DNA of 64,000 nt from Gammaproteobacteria bacterium (GCA_965227695.1 OZ245760.1:88580-152579); one strand, 5' to 3'; positions 52,335 to 62,273 are shown, counted from the stretch's first letter. Translations and numbers: made by a program. The notes: generated by a model not told the origin, from the letters alone.

Positions 52335-53252
52335 TCAGATATCAACACGTGAAACGGTGTAACCATCTTTTTCCATTAATGCAAGTACTCCTTTATCACC
52401 ATACAGGTGCACGGCACCAACTGCAATGAAGGTATCACCAAGACGCATCGGTTTGCGCATGTAATGCTCCATCACAATATTCCGAATTTCTATTACATGA
52501 CGCAGGTATATTTGCCGCCACTGCTCATTTTCAGGCTCATTCGGAATAAAACTTGTACTGATTTCATACATGCTTTTCAAATCCTGTTGCAGGTATGCAT
52601 TTAACATTTCTTCTATAATATTGTGCATTCTTTCATAGCTGTTGACCGTAAATTTCAACAGGGCCACCTGGGCATCGATCGGCATTTCCTGCAAGGTAAC
52701 AATAAATTCCTCAATTGACTCTACTTGATATAATTCTTTTCGCTGGTCAGCAGCACGCTCCAGCAAAGCATAATCAAGGATGATATCATTTGTTTTAGCG
52801 CGTACAGCAAAACTGCGCATTGCCGCCCATGGCCTCAAGGTTTTTACCAACTCAGGCTGCATACCTAAATCATCTACCAGTATTGTCTGTATCTTTTGAA
52901 AGGTTTCCCGGTCAACATACTTATCCAGCGTCTCCCCCCTGGGTAGTACCATGTCGTGTTTGATTAATTGACCGCCCTGGTATGGATTCCAGTAATGATC
53001 GCTCGGGAAGGCTTCCATAGCAAAACTTTTAGAGTCGTCAAGCACTCTGCTTACCTTCTCATGCAGCTTGCCAATGCGCGCATCATTCATATGTAATGTG
53101 CCAAAGATATGGCCCACGTATTTTCCGTCTTTTTCAATCTTCCAGAACAATCCCTTGTCAAAGCTCTGCCCGTCTTCCTTGGCGGATACATGGATAATCA
53201 TAATCATTGCTATGATTAATACGCAAAGTATGTAAATTTTATTTTTCATCAT
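52335..53252 (-). CDS. TraB/GumN family protein
   Basis: LFWKIEKDGK..GHIFGTLH motif; start at MMKNK. Confidence 0.6.
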   Translation of the reverse strand: MMKNKIYILCVLIIAMIMIIHVSAKEDGQSFDKGLFWKIEKDGKYVGHIFGTLHMNDARIGKLHEKVSRVLDDSKSFAMEAFPSDHYWNPYQGGQLIKHDMVLPRGETLDKYVDRETFQKIQTILVDDLGMQPELVKTLRPWAAMRSFAVRAKTNDIILDYALLERAADQRKELYQVESIEEFIVTLQEMPIDAQVALLKFTVNSYERMHNIIEEMLNAYLQQDLKSMYEISTSFIPNEPENEQWRQIYLRHVIEIRNIVMEHYMRKPMRLGDTFIAVGAVHLYGDKGVLALMEKDGYTVSRVDI

Positions 53253-53302
53253 GCTCTCCCGACACGCTACTGACAATTATAGAGAAAACTACTTTTTAAC
53301 AA

Positions 53303-53340
53303 TAAAAAAAGCCGCTACAGGTTAATGTAGCGGCTTTTTT
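53303..53340. terminator. Bidirectional rho-independent terminator (A-run, hairpin, T-run)
   Basis: aaaaaaa-gccgctaca-ggttaa-tgtagcggc-tttttt; terminates the minus-strand flavoprotein gene. Confidence 0.75.
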
Positions 53341-53371
53341 GTGTCTTGACCAACTGACAAAATATGCAATG

Positions 53372-54490
53372 CTAGATTTTACGCAATGTTTTAGGCACCT
53401 GCTCATAAGCAGGTGAAATGGCATCATGCGGACATGCGTCCACGCAAGCATAGCATCTGATGCACTCGGTCTCATCAATGAACAGTGAATTGTAATAAAG
53501 CCCTGAAGTATGCCCTGGACGCACACGCTCAAAATCAGTCACATCATCGTTACTTACTTTGAAGTTTGTCGCCTCAACAATACAGTTCTTTATGGGTTTT
53601 GCCATTAGACACTCATCACAAAGCACGCATTTAACATTATCTATGACAGGCGCAGGGGAACGTGCATCTTCAAACTTATCATAATATATATCAGATGACG
53701 AAAGCCCGGCTTCCTTTAATACCTGAACACCATGATCAATCATTGGAGGTGGACCACAGAAAAATGCTTTGATATTTTCTGCATTCACGACCCCCTTATT
53801 GAGGTACTCTTCCTGGAAATACTGTGTAACGAAACCGCGCGGCCCATCCCAGTCACTATCTTCAGGCTCCTCTGACAGCACCGGAATAAATTTAAATGTC
53901 CTGCCGCCCGGCCACTCATGCTCAAACGCTTTAAGTTCATCGACCAGATAGAGATCTTTTTGGGTACGGGCACCGTAAAAGAAGTAAAAATCACGTTCAA
54001 TGCCCTGCACTTTAGCTTGCTGGGCAATCGCATTAATCGCGCTCATTCCGGAACCACCGGCGATACCTACAATGGTCTTGCTGGAATCATCAAGCCCGAA
54101 CTTACCCATCGGTCCTGAAAGCTCAACCTTTTCACCTGTTCGATCTTTTTGCGCCAGCCAGCTGGACAATTCACCGCCTTCAACCAGCCGGATAAAGAAT
54201 GTGTACTCATTTGGATTTTCCATCTCCGGTGTTTGGGCAAATGAGTAAGAGCGCGGCTTCTTGATTCCGTCAACCTTAATTGTGCCATACTGTCCAGCAC
54301 GTGCGCTGAGCTTGTATGAACCTTCAGGACACTTAATGACAACCCGATAGGTATCGTATGTAAGATTTTCAAACTTGGTAATCTCACCTTCATTAGTATG
54401 CACACGCAGTGTCTGAACATCCGGGTTTGGTTCCGGCAAAGTTCGAATATATATATCAAATGGATCGTTAAATGTTTCTAGCTTTGCCAT
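53372..54490 (-). CDS. FNR-family flavoprotein (FAD/NAD(P)-binding) with C-terminal 2x[4Fe-4S] ferredoxin domain
   Basis: FAD-binding barrel (RSYSFA), NAD-binding GIAGGSGM, C-terminal CxxCxxC...C and CxxCxxCxxxCP. Confidence 0.7.
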   Translation of the reverse strand: MAKLETFNDPFDIYIRTLPEPNPDVQTLRVHTNEGEITKFENLTYDTYRVVIKCPEGSYKLSARAGQYGTIKVDGIKKPRSYSFAQTPEMENPNEYTFFIRLVEGGELSSWLAQKDRTGEKVELSGPMGKFGLDDSSKTIVGIAGGSGMSAINAIAQQAKVQGIERDFYFFYGARTQKDLYLVDELKAFEHEWPGGRTFKFIPVLSEEPEDSDWDGPRGFVTQYFQEEYLNKGVVNAENIKAFFCGPPPMIDHGVQVLKEAGLSSSDIYYDKFEDARSPAPVIDNVKCVLCDECLMAKPIKNCIVEATNFKVSNDDVTDFERVRPGHTSGLYYNSLFIDETECIRCYACVDACPHDAISPAYEQVPKTLRKI

Positions 54491-56811
54491 TAGTTAAACA
54501 CTCCTAGATGTAATTGTTCTGCCTGTTTGAGTATCTCTTCATCAGTGGCTTCAACACCCTGATTCCGTGGATCATCACGCCACTTCCTGATATACCCTTC
54601 TTTGCCTCCCCATTCCTGGAGTAAGGCCTGTTTGCGCATTTTTTCGTCTGCTTTTTCGACTTCGACCAAGACCGAATAAAATGTGGGACTCATACCAAAA
54701 TCGGTCAGCATTTCTGTGTTCAGCGCATTGATGTTGACACCGCCAGGTGTATTACTGCCTTTGAACTGCTTTTGTGTTGAGCACATTCCAGACAACATTC
54801 CTTCGATAATGACAGCGTAGGCGTAGGTTTCGCCACGATCATTATACAATCGACACAGATCACCATCCTGCAAGCCCCGCTTGGATGCTTCCTCGGGACT
54901 GAGTTCTACCGTCGGCCGTGACATCATGGCCTGTAAGCGAGGCACAGACTGGAAAGAGTCTCCAATGAAGTAATGAGAGGCACTTGAGAGCACCTGTAGA
55001 GGATACTTGTCGCGTTTTGGATCTTCCTGACCTTCGATTTCAGGCACATAGCTTGGCAGCGGATCAACCCCTTCTTCCTTGAGTGCTTCACTATAAATTT
55101 CAATTTTTCCGCTAGGTGTCGGCCAGCCATTTTTCATGAAGTTGCGGCGGTCGGACTCGGTATTTGCTCGTGCCCACCCGTTCTTTTTGAGGTCTTCGTA
55201 CTTGATACCTTCCATCAATGGATTGACTTCATCCTGGACCAGGATATCGCGGATGATCTCCTCATCAGTTTGTGTGAACGCATTGTCAGTGTCCTTGTCA
55301 TACCCCATCTTCTTGGCCAGCATGCGGAATAATTCCGAGTTACGTACACTCTCGCCTTCAGGCTCGATAATGGGCTCGTTCATGACGTAATACCAGTTAC
55401 CGTAAGTGGCAACCAGGTCCATTCTTTCGAGCTGCGTGTCGGCTGGCAGCACAATATCGGCGTATTCACACGAATCCGTCCAGAACGTTTCATGGACTGC
55501 CACAAATAGATCATCGCGCATCAGGCCACGTCGCACCCCGTTGGAATTTGGAGCACAGTTCGCCGGATCACTGTTGTAGATAAAAATCGATTTAATGGGC
55601 GGATCCATTTTTTCGCCATCCGAGCCGATATCTTCATCCAGCGCACGACCGATTTGCACCATGTTTACCACCCGCTTTGAGGCACGGTCACCCAGGTCTG
55701 GACGGTGAAGTTTGGCCAGGTCATGACGTAACCACATTTCTTCGAGATTACCAAAGCTGGCGCCACCACAGCGATGTCTCCAGGAACCGGTTATACAGGG
55801 CAGTATGAGAACCGCCCGACACATTTGCCCGGCATTCTGGTGTCGGTTTAAACCGTAGTTGGCACGTATCACCGCGATTTTGGCTGAAGCATATTCGGTG
55901 GCAAGTTTTTCTATGTCTGCGGCAGGGACCCCGGTTATTTTCTCCACTTTGTCAAGCGGGTAATCAGGGAGCTTGGTTTCCAGAAGCGCTTCCCACCCCA
56001 GTGTTTGTTCTTTCAGAAATTCAATATCATGCATTCCCTTATCGACAATGACCTTCATCATTCCCAGCGCCAGTGCCGCGTCTGTTCCGGGTCGTGGCTG
56101 TATATGCCAGTCAGCCATCATTGTTGTACGCGTTTGACGTGGATCAATAACAACCAGTTTGGCGCCGCGTTCCTTGGCTTCACGTATGAATGGGATCGCA
56201 TGCACCCCTGTGCTTACAAGATTTGCCCCCCACAGGATAATGTAATCAGCTTCCTGCGCGGCCTCGTGAATTGAGGTGTTGGCGTGTGCCATGCCGTATG
56301 TATGCAAACCAGCCCACATCGCCGCATAAATGCAGATAGATTGTTCAAGACGTGCAGCTTCCATTTTATTCCAGAAGCGCTGATCCATCGTCCAGAAGCC
56401 AACCATGCCCATAGTGCCGGAGTAGGAATACGGCTGTACTGCTTCAGAGCCATATTTTTCAATTGTCTCTTTAAAATTGTTGGTGATGGTATCAAGCGCT
56501 TCATCCCAGCTGATTCGTTCAAACTTGGCGCCGGGGCCTTTGGGGCCAACACGCTTGTGGGGATACATGACACGATTTTCGTTATAGACAAAATCGAGAT
56601 AATGATTGACTTTGTTACATAAGTATCCGCGTGTAATAGGATGGGTCGGATCACCCTGCACACGCACCGCTTTCCCCGTGGCGTCGTCGCGTGTCACCAG
56701 CATGGAGCATGAGTCCGGGCAATCATGCGGGCAGAATGAATGATGTACTGAATAGCCTTCCGGAACTTTTATGCGATCGCTGACTGCGGTGATTTTATTG
56801 CTGTCTGTCAT
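54490..56811 (-). CDS. Cytoplasmic molybdopterin (bis-MGD) oxidoreductase family protein, substrate unknown
   Basis: N-terminal Fe-S motif C-x3-C-x3-C...C (FCPHDCPDSC...C), MopB domains, no Tat signal; stop overlaps start of downstream flavoprotein gene (TAATG). Confidence 0.7.
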   Translation of the reverse strand: MTDSNKITAVSDRIKVPEGYSVHHSFCPHDCPDSCSMLVTRDDATGKAVRVQGDPTHPITRGYLCNKVNHYLDFVYNENRVMYPHKRVGPKGPGAKFERISWDEALDTITNNFKETIEKYGSEAVQPYSYSGTMGMVGFWTMDQRFWNKMEAARLEQSICIYAAMWAGLHTYGMAHANTSIHEAAQEADYIILWGANLVSTGVHAIPFIREAKERGAKLVVIDPRQTRTTMMADWHIQPRPGTDAALALGMMKVIVDKGMHDIEFLKEQTLGWEALLETKLPDYPLDKVEKITGVPAADIEKLATEYASAKIAVIRANYGLNRHQNAGQMCRAVLILPCITGSWRHRCGGASFGNLEEMWLRHDLAKLHRPDLGDRASKRVVNMVQIGRALDEDIGSDGEKMDPPIKSIFIYNSDPANCAPNSNGVRRGLMRDDLFVAVHETFWTDSCEYADIVLPADTQLERMDLVATYGNWYYVMNEPIIEPEGESVRNSELFRMLAKKMGYDKDTDNAFTQTDEEIIRDILVQDEVNPLMEGIKYEDLKKNGWARANTESDRRNFMKNGWPTPSGKIEIYSEALKEEGVDPLPSYVPEIEGQEDPKRDKYPLQVLSSASHYFIGDSFQSVPRLQAMMSRPTVELSPEEASKRGLQDGDLCRLYNDRGETYAYAVIIEGMLSGMCSTQKQFKGSNTPGGVNINALNTEMLTDFGMSPTFYSVLVEVEKADEKMRKQALLQEWGGKEGYIRKWRDDPRNQGVEATDEEILKQAEQLHLGVFN

Positions 56812-56973
56812 TTGGTGTTGACCTCCTATCTACGCTGTGGTTTGGCGCTTTAATGATTATATTACTGATACCGAATCCGTTACTTCAAACATACTACAAG
56901 CCCATTTTTAGAACAACTTCAGGTGTCCATTTTGAACAAATGTAAAGCAAAATTTACGAAATTAACCCCCTGT

Positions 56974-58047
56974 TCACAATAAGGGTATCTGCCTTCCCTC
57001 CACCAGCTCCGAATCTGGCATTAAATTTGATGCGGAAATACCCAGCAAACGCACAGGTAAGTGCTTTACGATAGCATTATCCAGTAGCTCGGGTATCACG
57101 TGGATTATCGACTCTGAAGTGCGAAACCCTGAATGGCGGGAATAACTCCGCGTGACTTGTGTGAAGTCCGAAAACTTGACCTTGATCGTAATGGTTTTTG
57201 CCATCCCTCCAAACTGGCTGAGTTGCTGCTCTAATTGCTTGCTCTGTAAACTGAATACATTGAGCATTTCTTCATGCGTATTTAAATCTACCTCAAACGT
57301 ATCCTCTGTACCGATGGATTTTCGCAAACGGTCGGCTTCTACCGCCCGATTATCCACCCCTTTTGCCGCATGATAATAATAATGCGCGGACTTGCCGAAA
57401 ACTGGCTGTAATGCCTCAAGTTCCCAGGCAGCCAGGTCAGCTCCAGTATAAATTCCAAGGCCGTTCATTTTTTCTTCAGTTGCCGGCCCTATACCAAAGA
57501 ATTCACGGATATTTAGGGACTTGACGAACTCCGGACCTTCTTTTGGTGAAATATACAGCAACCCGCTTGGCTTACATCGACCTGATGCAATCTTGGCCAG
57601 AAATTTATTATAAGACACACCCGCCGAGGCAGTTAATCCTGTGTGACGCCTGATTTGCTGGCATATATCCTTTGCTATCAGGACACCCGAACCGCCGCGG
57701 GTCATTTCCGCCGTGACATCCAGATAGGCCTCATCCAGCGCGAGCGGCTCGATCAATTCTGTATAATTCGCAAGAATTGTTTTTATTTGTGCGGATACAT
57801 CCCGGTAGACAGCAAAGCGTGGTTTAACGAATATTGCTTGCGGGCAAATGCGTTTGGCCACCGCGCACGGCATCGCCGAGTGAACACCAAATTCTCGTGC
57901 CTCGTAGCTACACGTCGCCACAACACCACGATGCTCCGGATCACCACCGACGATCAACGGCTGGTTTCGATAACATGGAAAGTCCCGCTGCTCGATGGCA
58001 GCGTAAAAAGCATCCATATCAATATGGATGATGCTTCTTTCAGACAT
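56974..58047 (-). CDS. dinB: DNA polymerase IV
   Basis: IIHIDMDAFYAAIE N-terminus, Y-family palm/fingers/little-finger. Confidence 0.9.
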   Translation of the reverse strand: MSERSIIHIDMDAFYAAIEQRDFPCYRNQPLIVGGDPEHRGVVATCSYEAREFGVHSAMPCAVAKRICPQAIFVKPRFAVYRDVSAQIKTILANYTELIEPLALDEAYLDVTAEMTRGGSGVLIAKDICQQIRRHTGLTASAGVSYNKFLAKIASGRCKPSGLLYISPKEGPEFVKSLNIREFFGIGPATEEKMNGLGIYTGADLAAWELEALQPVFGKSAHYYYHAAKGVDNRAVEADRLRKSIGTEDTFEVDLNTHEEMLNVFSLQSKQLEQQLSQFGGMAKTITIKVKFSDFTQVTRSYSRHSGFRTSESIIHVIPELLDNAIVKHLPVRLLGISASNLMPDSELVEGRQIPLL

Positions 58048-58251
58048 CGCAAGCTGAATCCCTCATTTGCCAACGCAATTATGTTGGCATTCGCCTTTAA
58101 CAAACCTTGATAACTCACAAATGTGAGCGGATCGCGTTGACCCGCCATGCGGTTAAACGTAGCATTTAGTGTAACGGATTTTAACCCTGCGGGCTTATAC
58201 TTTTGGAACCTGATCATCTACGATCACCCATAACACTGGAGACACACTATA

Positions 58252-58920
58252 ATGAGCAGTTCAAGTTCAACTCTTCCAGCCACCATTCTGGTGGTGGTTG
58301 CAATCATCCTTTTAGGCATTTTTTATTACCTTGACCGCTCGGCGGACAACTCAGACCTTTCTGCTATCACCGAAACTGCAGACACCGACAGCATGATTGC
58401 AAAAAAGAAAAAGTATGAAGCCAACAAATCGGCCTTCTCTCACTCCGGTTTTGACGGTTCCATGCAGGATTATCTCGGTTATGTAGAAAGCGGCATGAAA
58501 CCAGACGCGGACGTTGTATCACATACCGGTTTTAGCGGCACTGGTAGCGACTATGCACAACAGCATCGTGATAAAGAAATCACCCAGATTATTAAAAATG
58601 TTGGTGACCATCATGGCTTTAGTGGCTCCATGAACGATTATGCCGCAGGCAAATTCGGTTCAGGTTATACAGGCAAATCCGCAGATGGCACCAAGTATAA
58701 AGTAGCCAACAACGCTGGCGATGATAAGGCAGCTAACCATGGCGGGTTCAGTGGTTCGATGAAGGACTACGAAAAAGGTAATTATGGCGTAAAAGCTTCC
58801 AGCCAGGAAACTGGCAAGGCACAGTCAACTAAGATGCCTGCCAAGACTGATTCCGCTAACAATGCCTCTCACAGTGGGTACACCGGCTCAATGGATGATT
58901 ATTTAAAGAAGCACCAGTAG
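58252..58920 (+). CDS. Membrane-anchored repeat protein with five H-x-G-F/Y-S/D/T-G-S-M-x-D-Y units
   Basis: N-terminal TM (LPATILVVVAIILLGIFYYL), repeats SHSGFDGSMQDYL / SHTGFSGTGSDYA / HHGFSGSMNDYA / NHGGFSGSMKDYE / SHSGYTGSMDDYL. Confidence 0.5.
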   Translation: MSSSSSTLPATILVVVAIILLGIFYYLDRSADNSDLSAITETADTDSMIAKKKKYEANKSAFSHSGFDGSMQDYLGYVESGMKPDADVVSHTGFSGTGSDYAQQHRDKEITQIIKNVGDHHGFSGSMNDYAAGKFGSGYTGKSADGTKYKVANNAGDDKAANHGGFSGSMKDYEKGNYGVKASSQETGKAQSTKMPAKTDSANNASHSGYTGSMDDYLKKHQ

Positions 58921-58921
58921 A

Positions 58922-59629
58922 CTAATTCACTGGCAATCTGGCACGTAATTCATCGCGGTCAATCCACCAGCTGCGACCTACAATGGCATCAATGACCTTA
59001 CCTAGACGGGCAAATAACTCGTCTAGGTTGTTCAGCTCCAGCATTTCAATCCAGATCTGAATAGACTCTTCATCTTCAATTCCTCGATGGCGCTTGGCCA
59101 CCATGGCAATAAGCTGCTTGGCTAAGAACATCAGGCTGTCTTTATCTTCGTCCGGGGCGCGCAATTCTGCCAGGTATAACGCCGCGACACTCGCAACAGC
59201 TGCTCCATCAGAGTTATCTGGTGTTTCTTCAACGATATAAGAGAGCATATCTACTGATAATGCTGGATCAATGGGGTAGGTGACCGCCAGCCAACAACCA
59301 TGTCCCAATGCAATAATCGAGTCCTCCTGTTCGGCTAAATAAAGCAACTCACATGCCTCAACGGCTTGCTGGTAGGATTCAGCTTCAACAAACGTTTTCA
59401 CCAGCGGACGCGCTTCCTGCCAACAGGTGGCATTCTCACCCAGCCCCAGCCTGGCTCTGGCTATACCGAGCTTTGTCCTGGCAACCTCAACAGGTTCTGC
59501 ATCATTACCAAGGTCTGCTAACTGTTGCATGTACGTCTGCAACTCTTTCTCAAAGAATACCCGTGCATCACCGAGGTCCTGACCACTCAGGGTTTCCGAC
59601 ATTGCCCTGGAAAGAATTTCTCTACTCAT
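58922..59629 (-). CDS. Hypothetical acidic protein, no recognised domain
   Basis: 235-aa ORF with good coding character; function unknown. Confidence 0.4.
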   Translation of the reverse strand: MSREILSRAMSETLSGQDLGDARVFFEKELQTYMQQLADLGNDAEPVEVARTKLGIARARLGLGENATCWQEARPLVKTFVEAESYQQAVEACELLYLAEQEDSIIALGHGCWLAVTYPIDPALSVDMLSYIVEETPDNSDGAAVASVAALYLAELRAPDEDKDSLMFLAKQLIAMVAKRHRGIEDEESIQIWIEMLELNNLDELFARLGKVIDAIVGRSWWIDRDELRARLPVN

Positions 59630-59805
59630 AATATATTTAATCTATATATTTTTAATCCGCGCTGATTAAGGAAGATTATTTTCAAAGGTAGCGATTAATG
59701 AGCCGATCATGTCGCCAATACTGGTCCCTGACCGATTGTATTACCGCGATCTATTTGGTATTGATCGATAGTGGATATCACCAACATTAGTGGCTAGCAT
59801 GTGCG

Positions 59806-59836
59806 AAAATCCGACCAAAAAAAAGCCCCCAAATGG
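59806..59836. terminator. Bidirectional rho-independent terminator
   Basis: aaaaaaaa-gccccca-aa-tgggggc-ttttt. Confidence 0.75.
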
Positions 59837-59872
59837 GGGCTTTTTATTTAGCACGCTTAGTACTTAAGGGAA

Positions 59873-61015
59873 TTATGCGTAGCCGGCGACCTGATTAATT
59901 TCAGCCGCCACCTTGCGCTCGCCTTCTGAGGCCATCTCTTCATCCCATTTGCCTAATTGCTCTTCCATATACTTGTGCCAGATCGGCGGAAGCAATGTCA
60001 GCGCAAACAGCGTAAAGTACCCGCGACCACAGTTCGGCGACCCTACTTCGTCCAGCTCCCAAAAATGGGTCTCGCCTCGGTCATGATGATCGCCCTGACG
60101 GCCAATCTCTATGAAAAACCAGCTCGTAAACGCCGTGCTGTTATCCCAGCTGTGACGATAGTCAATCGGCTGACCCTTCTCGCGGATTAACCCATAATGC
60201 TCCAGATAGTTCAGCGCTTCCAGCTCAAAGTTGGAAATCAGCCACACAATCGCCAAACAGCCAATGCCAACCCAGCCACCAACAAACCAGAATAACAATA
60301 CCGTCGGTAACGACATCATGTAGCCGCGTATCCAGCGATTCTGCCATGACAAAAAGGGTACGCCCAATCGCTCCAGACGCTGCTTCTCCATCATGAACAA
60401 AAACTTGCTCTGACCAATCCCGGACAACGGATAATGCTTGAATAAACTGCGTCCGCGCGGCGATGTCGCCGGATCATCCTGATGGCCCAGCTCCAAATGA
60501 TGGTTGTATACGTGCGCATAACAAAAATGCGCCTTGCCTGACAACGCCATCATCCAGCGCGCAATCACAAAACTGAACCCTTTCGTATGCGCCAGCTCAT
60601 GCCCGTAGATAATACCAATCCCGGCAAATATCCCTGTCGATATCGTCGCACCAATTAACTGACTCCCGGTAATCCCGTCCTGTATCGTTAACCCCAGTAA
60701 TGTCGACTCGCCAATCGGTACGCCAGTCATGTACTGAAATATCCGCCATGCCAGCGTGATCTGAAGCAATACGAATATGCCTAGCATCCCGTACATCACA
60801 CCATTGTGTAACGCCGGTATCCCGTATAACTCGCCATTCTCGTCAAATCCAGCACCCGGTGTCTGCGCCTTCGTCAGCGTGTCCACCACAATCCCAATGC
60901 CCAGCAAGGCTACACCAGTCCACACCCACGGACCGCCTGCCAATACTCCAAACATCGCCGCCAGTATCATCAATGGCGCTAAAAAATAGCGTACGTTGAT
61001 TAAAAATCTCTTCAT
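59873..61015 (-). CDS. AlkB-family integral-membrane non-heme di-iron hydroxylase (alkane 1-monooxygenase / fatty-acid desaturase superfamily)
   Basis: His boxes HELAH, HVYNHH and NYLEHYGL motif; N-terminal TM helices; 380 aa. Confidence 0.65.
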   Translation of the reverse strand: MKRFLINVRYFLAPLMILAAMFGVLAGGPWVWTGVALLGIGIVVDTLTKAQTPGAGFDENGELYGIPALHNGVMYGMLGIFVLLQITLAWRIFQYMTGVPIGESTLLGLTIQDGITGSQLIGATISTGIFAGIGIIYGHELAHTKGFSFVIARWMMALSGKAHFCYAHVYNHHLELGHQDDPATSPRGRSLFKHYPLSGIGQSKFLFMMEKQRLERLGVPFLSWQNRWIRGYMMSLPTVLLFWFVGGWVGIGCLAIVWLISNFELEALNYLEHYGLIREKGQPIDYRHSWDNSTAFTSWFFIEIGRQGDHHDRGETHFWELDEVGSPNCGRGYFTLFALTLLPPIWHKYMEEQLGKWDEEMASEGERKVAAEINQVAGYA

Positions 61016-61239
61016 CGGTACCTCCTTACAGTCACCACTAGAAGTTTAATTTTATTGTTTTAGATATAGCTTTGTATCTGACACTAACTATACCAAAAAG
61101 ATTCTTAATTACCAATGCCATACAAACAAATGATAATCTTTTGTCTTGTACATTAGACTGACAATGTACTAAAATTGTTCCATTAAACTGAACATATCAA
61201 GTACATAAACTTAGACAAACGATTAACAAGACAAGCGTC

Positions 61240-62214
61240 ATGAGTTTAGAGACTAACGTCACAAATCCACAGCACCCGATTCAGGTTGTCGCCAGAAGGA
61301 CCGGGCTGACCGCCGACGTTATTCGCGCCTGGGAACGGCGCTATCGGGCGGTCACGCCGCAACGTGCAGCCAACAGTCGCCGATTATACTCGGATCTTGA
61401 TGTTGAAAAGCTAAGCCTGCTAAGAAGAGCCACTGCCGCGGGCCGGCGCATTGGCGATATCGCCAGCTATAGTATTGAAGAACTTTATCGCCTGGTGGAT
61501 AATGATGAAAGTGCCGCCGCCCAGGCGCGTAACCTCCCGGCAGAACGTCCCAACACAGGCTCAGTCATGGAACACTTTGAAGAGTGTCTTGATGCCATTA
61601 ACCACATGCAACCTAACGCACTGAAAGCCAGCTTGGTGAAAGCTGCGAATACTCTAGGGATCCCTTTTCTGCTGGAGGATTTGCTGCGTCCACTTATCGC
61701 TTACGTGAAAGATGAGTGTCGTCGGGGGACCATGCGTTTGTCACAGGAGCGCATGGCAACGTCTATGGTACGGTCGTATATGTGCACACTGACTGCTTCG
61801 GAAGTAAAGCATGACCGCCAGCCTTCGCTGATTGTCACCACACCCATCGGCCAAAAGCATGATCTTATTGCGCTAAGAATGGCGGTAGCTGCCAATTCTT
61901 ATGGATGGAACACGATCTTTTTGGGCACGGAACTACCCGCAGATGAAATAGTTTTTGCCTGCATACACTCTCAGTCTATTGCCGTCGCGCTGGGCATTGC
62001 CAGGCCGGCAGATGACCCACATTTACCCAATGTAATCAGGCAGATTAAAAGCTCACTACCAGAAAATATCACTTTGATTGTATGCGGTAGTGCCGTATCA
62101 GGTTACACTGAAGTGATTGAGGAGGTGGGCGCCATTGTCGTGCAAACCATGGGAGAATTGCGACTGGAACTTGACCGGCTGAAGCGACCCATCGCCGCTT
62201 TCCTGGATCAATGA
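61240..62214 (+). CDS. MerR-family transcriptional regulator with C-terminal B12-binding-like domain (CarH/LitR-like)
   Basis: MerR HTH (IQVVARRTGLTADVIRAWERRY), C-terminal Rossmann-like B12-binding region (GQKHDLIAL...GWNTIFLG). Confidence 0.6.
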   Translation: MSLETNVTNPQHPIQVVARRTGLTADVIRAWERRYRAVTPQRAANSRRLYSDLDVEKLSLLRRATAAGRRIGDIASYSIEELYRLVDNDESAAAQARNLPAERPNTGSVMEHFEECLDAINHMQPNALKASLVKAANTLGIPFLLEDLLRPLIAYVKDECRRGTMRLSQERMATSMVRSYMCTLTASEVKHDRQPSLIVTTPIGQKHDLIALRMAVAANSYGWNTIFLGTELPADEIVFACIHSQSIAVALGIARPADDPHLPNVIRQIKSSLPENITLIVCGSAVSGYTEVIEEVGAIVVQTMGELRLELDRLKRPIAAFLDQ

Positions 62215-62273
62215 CCTCAACTGAAACTAAACGACTACCAACAACAATAACTATTAAATAATAACGAATAACT

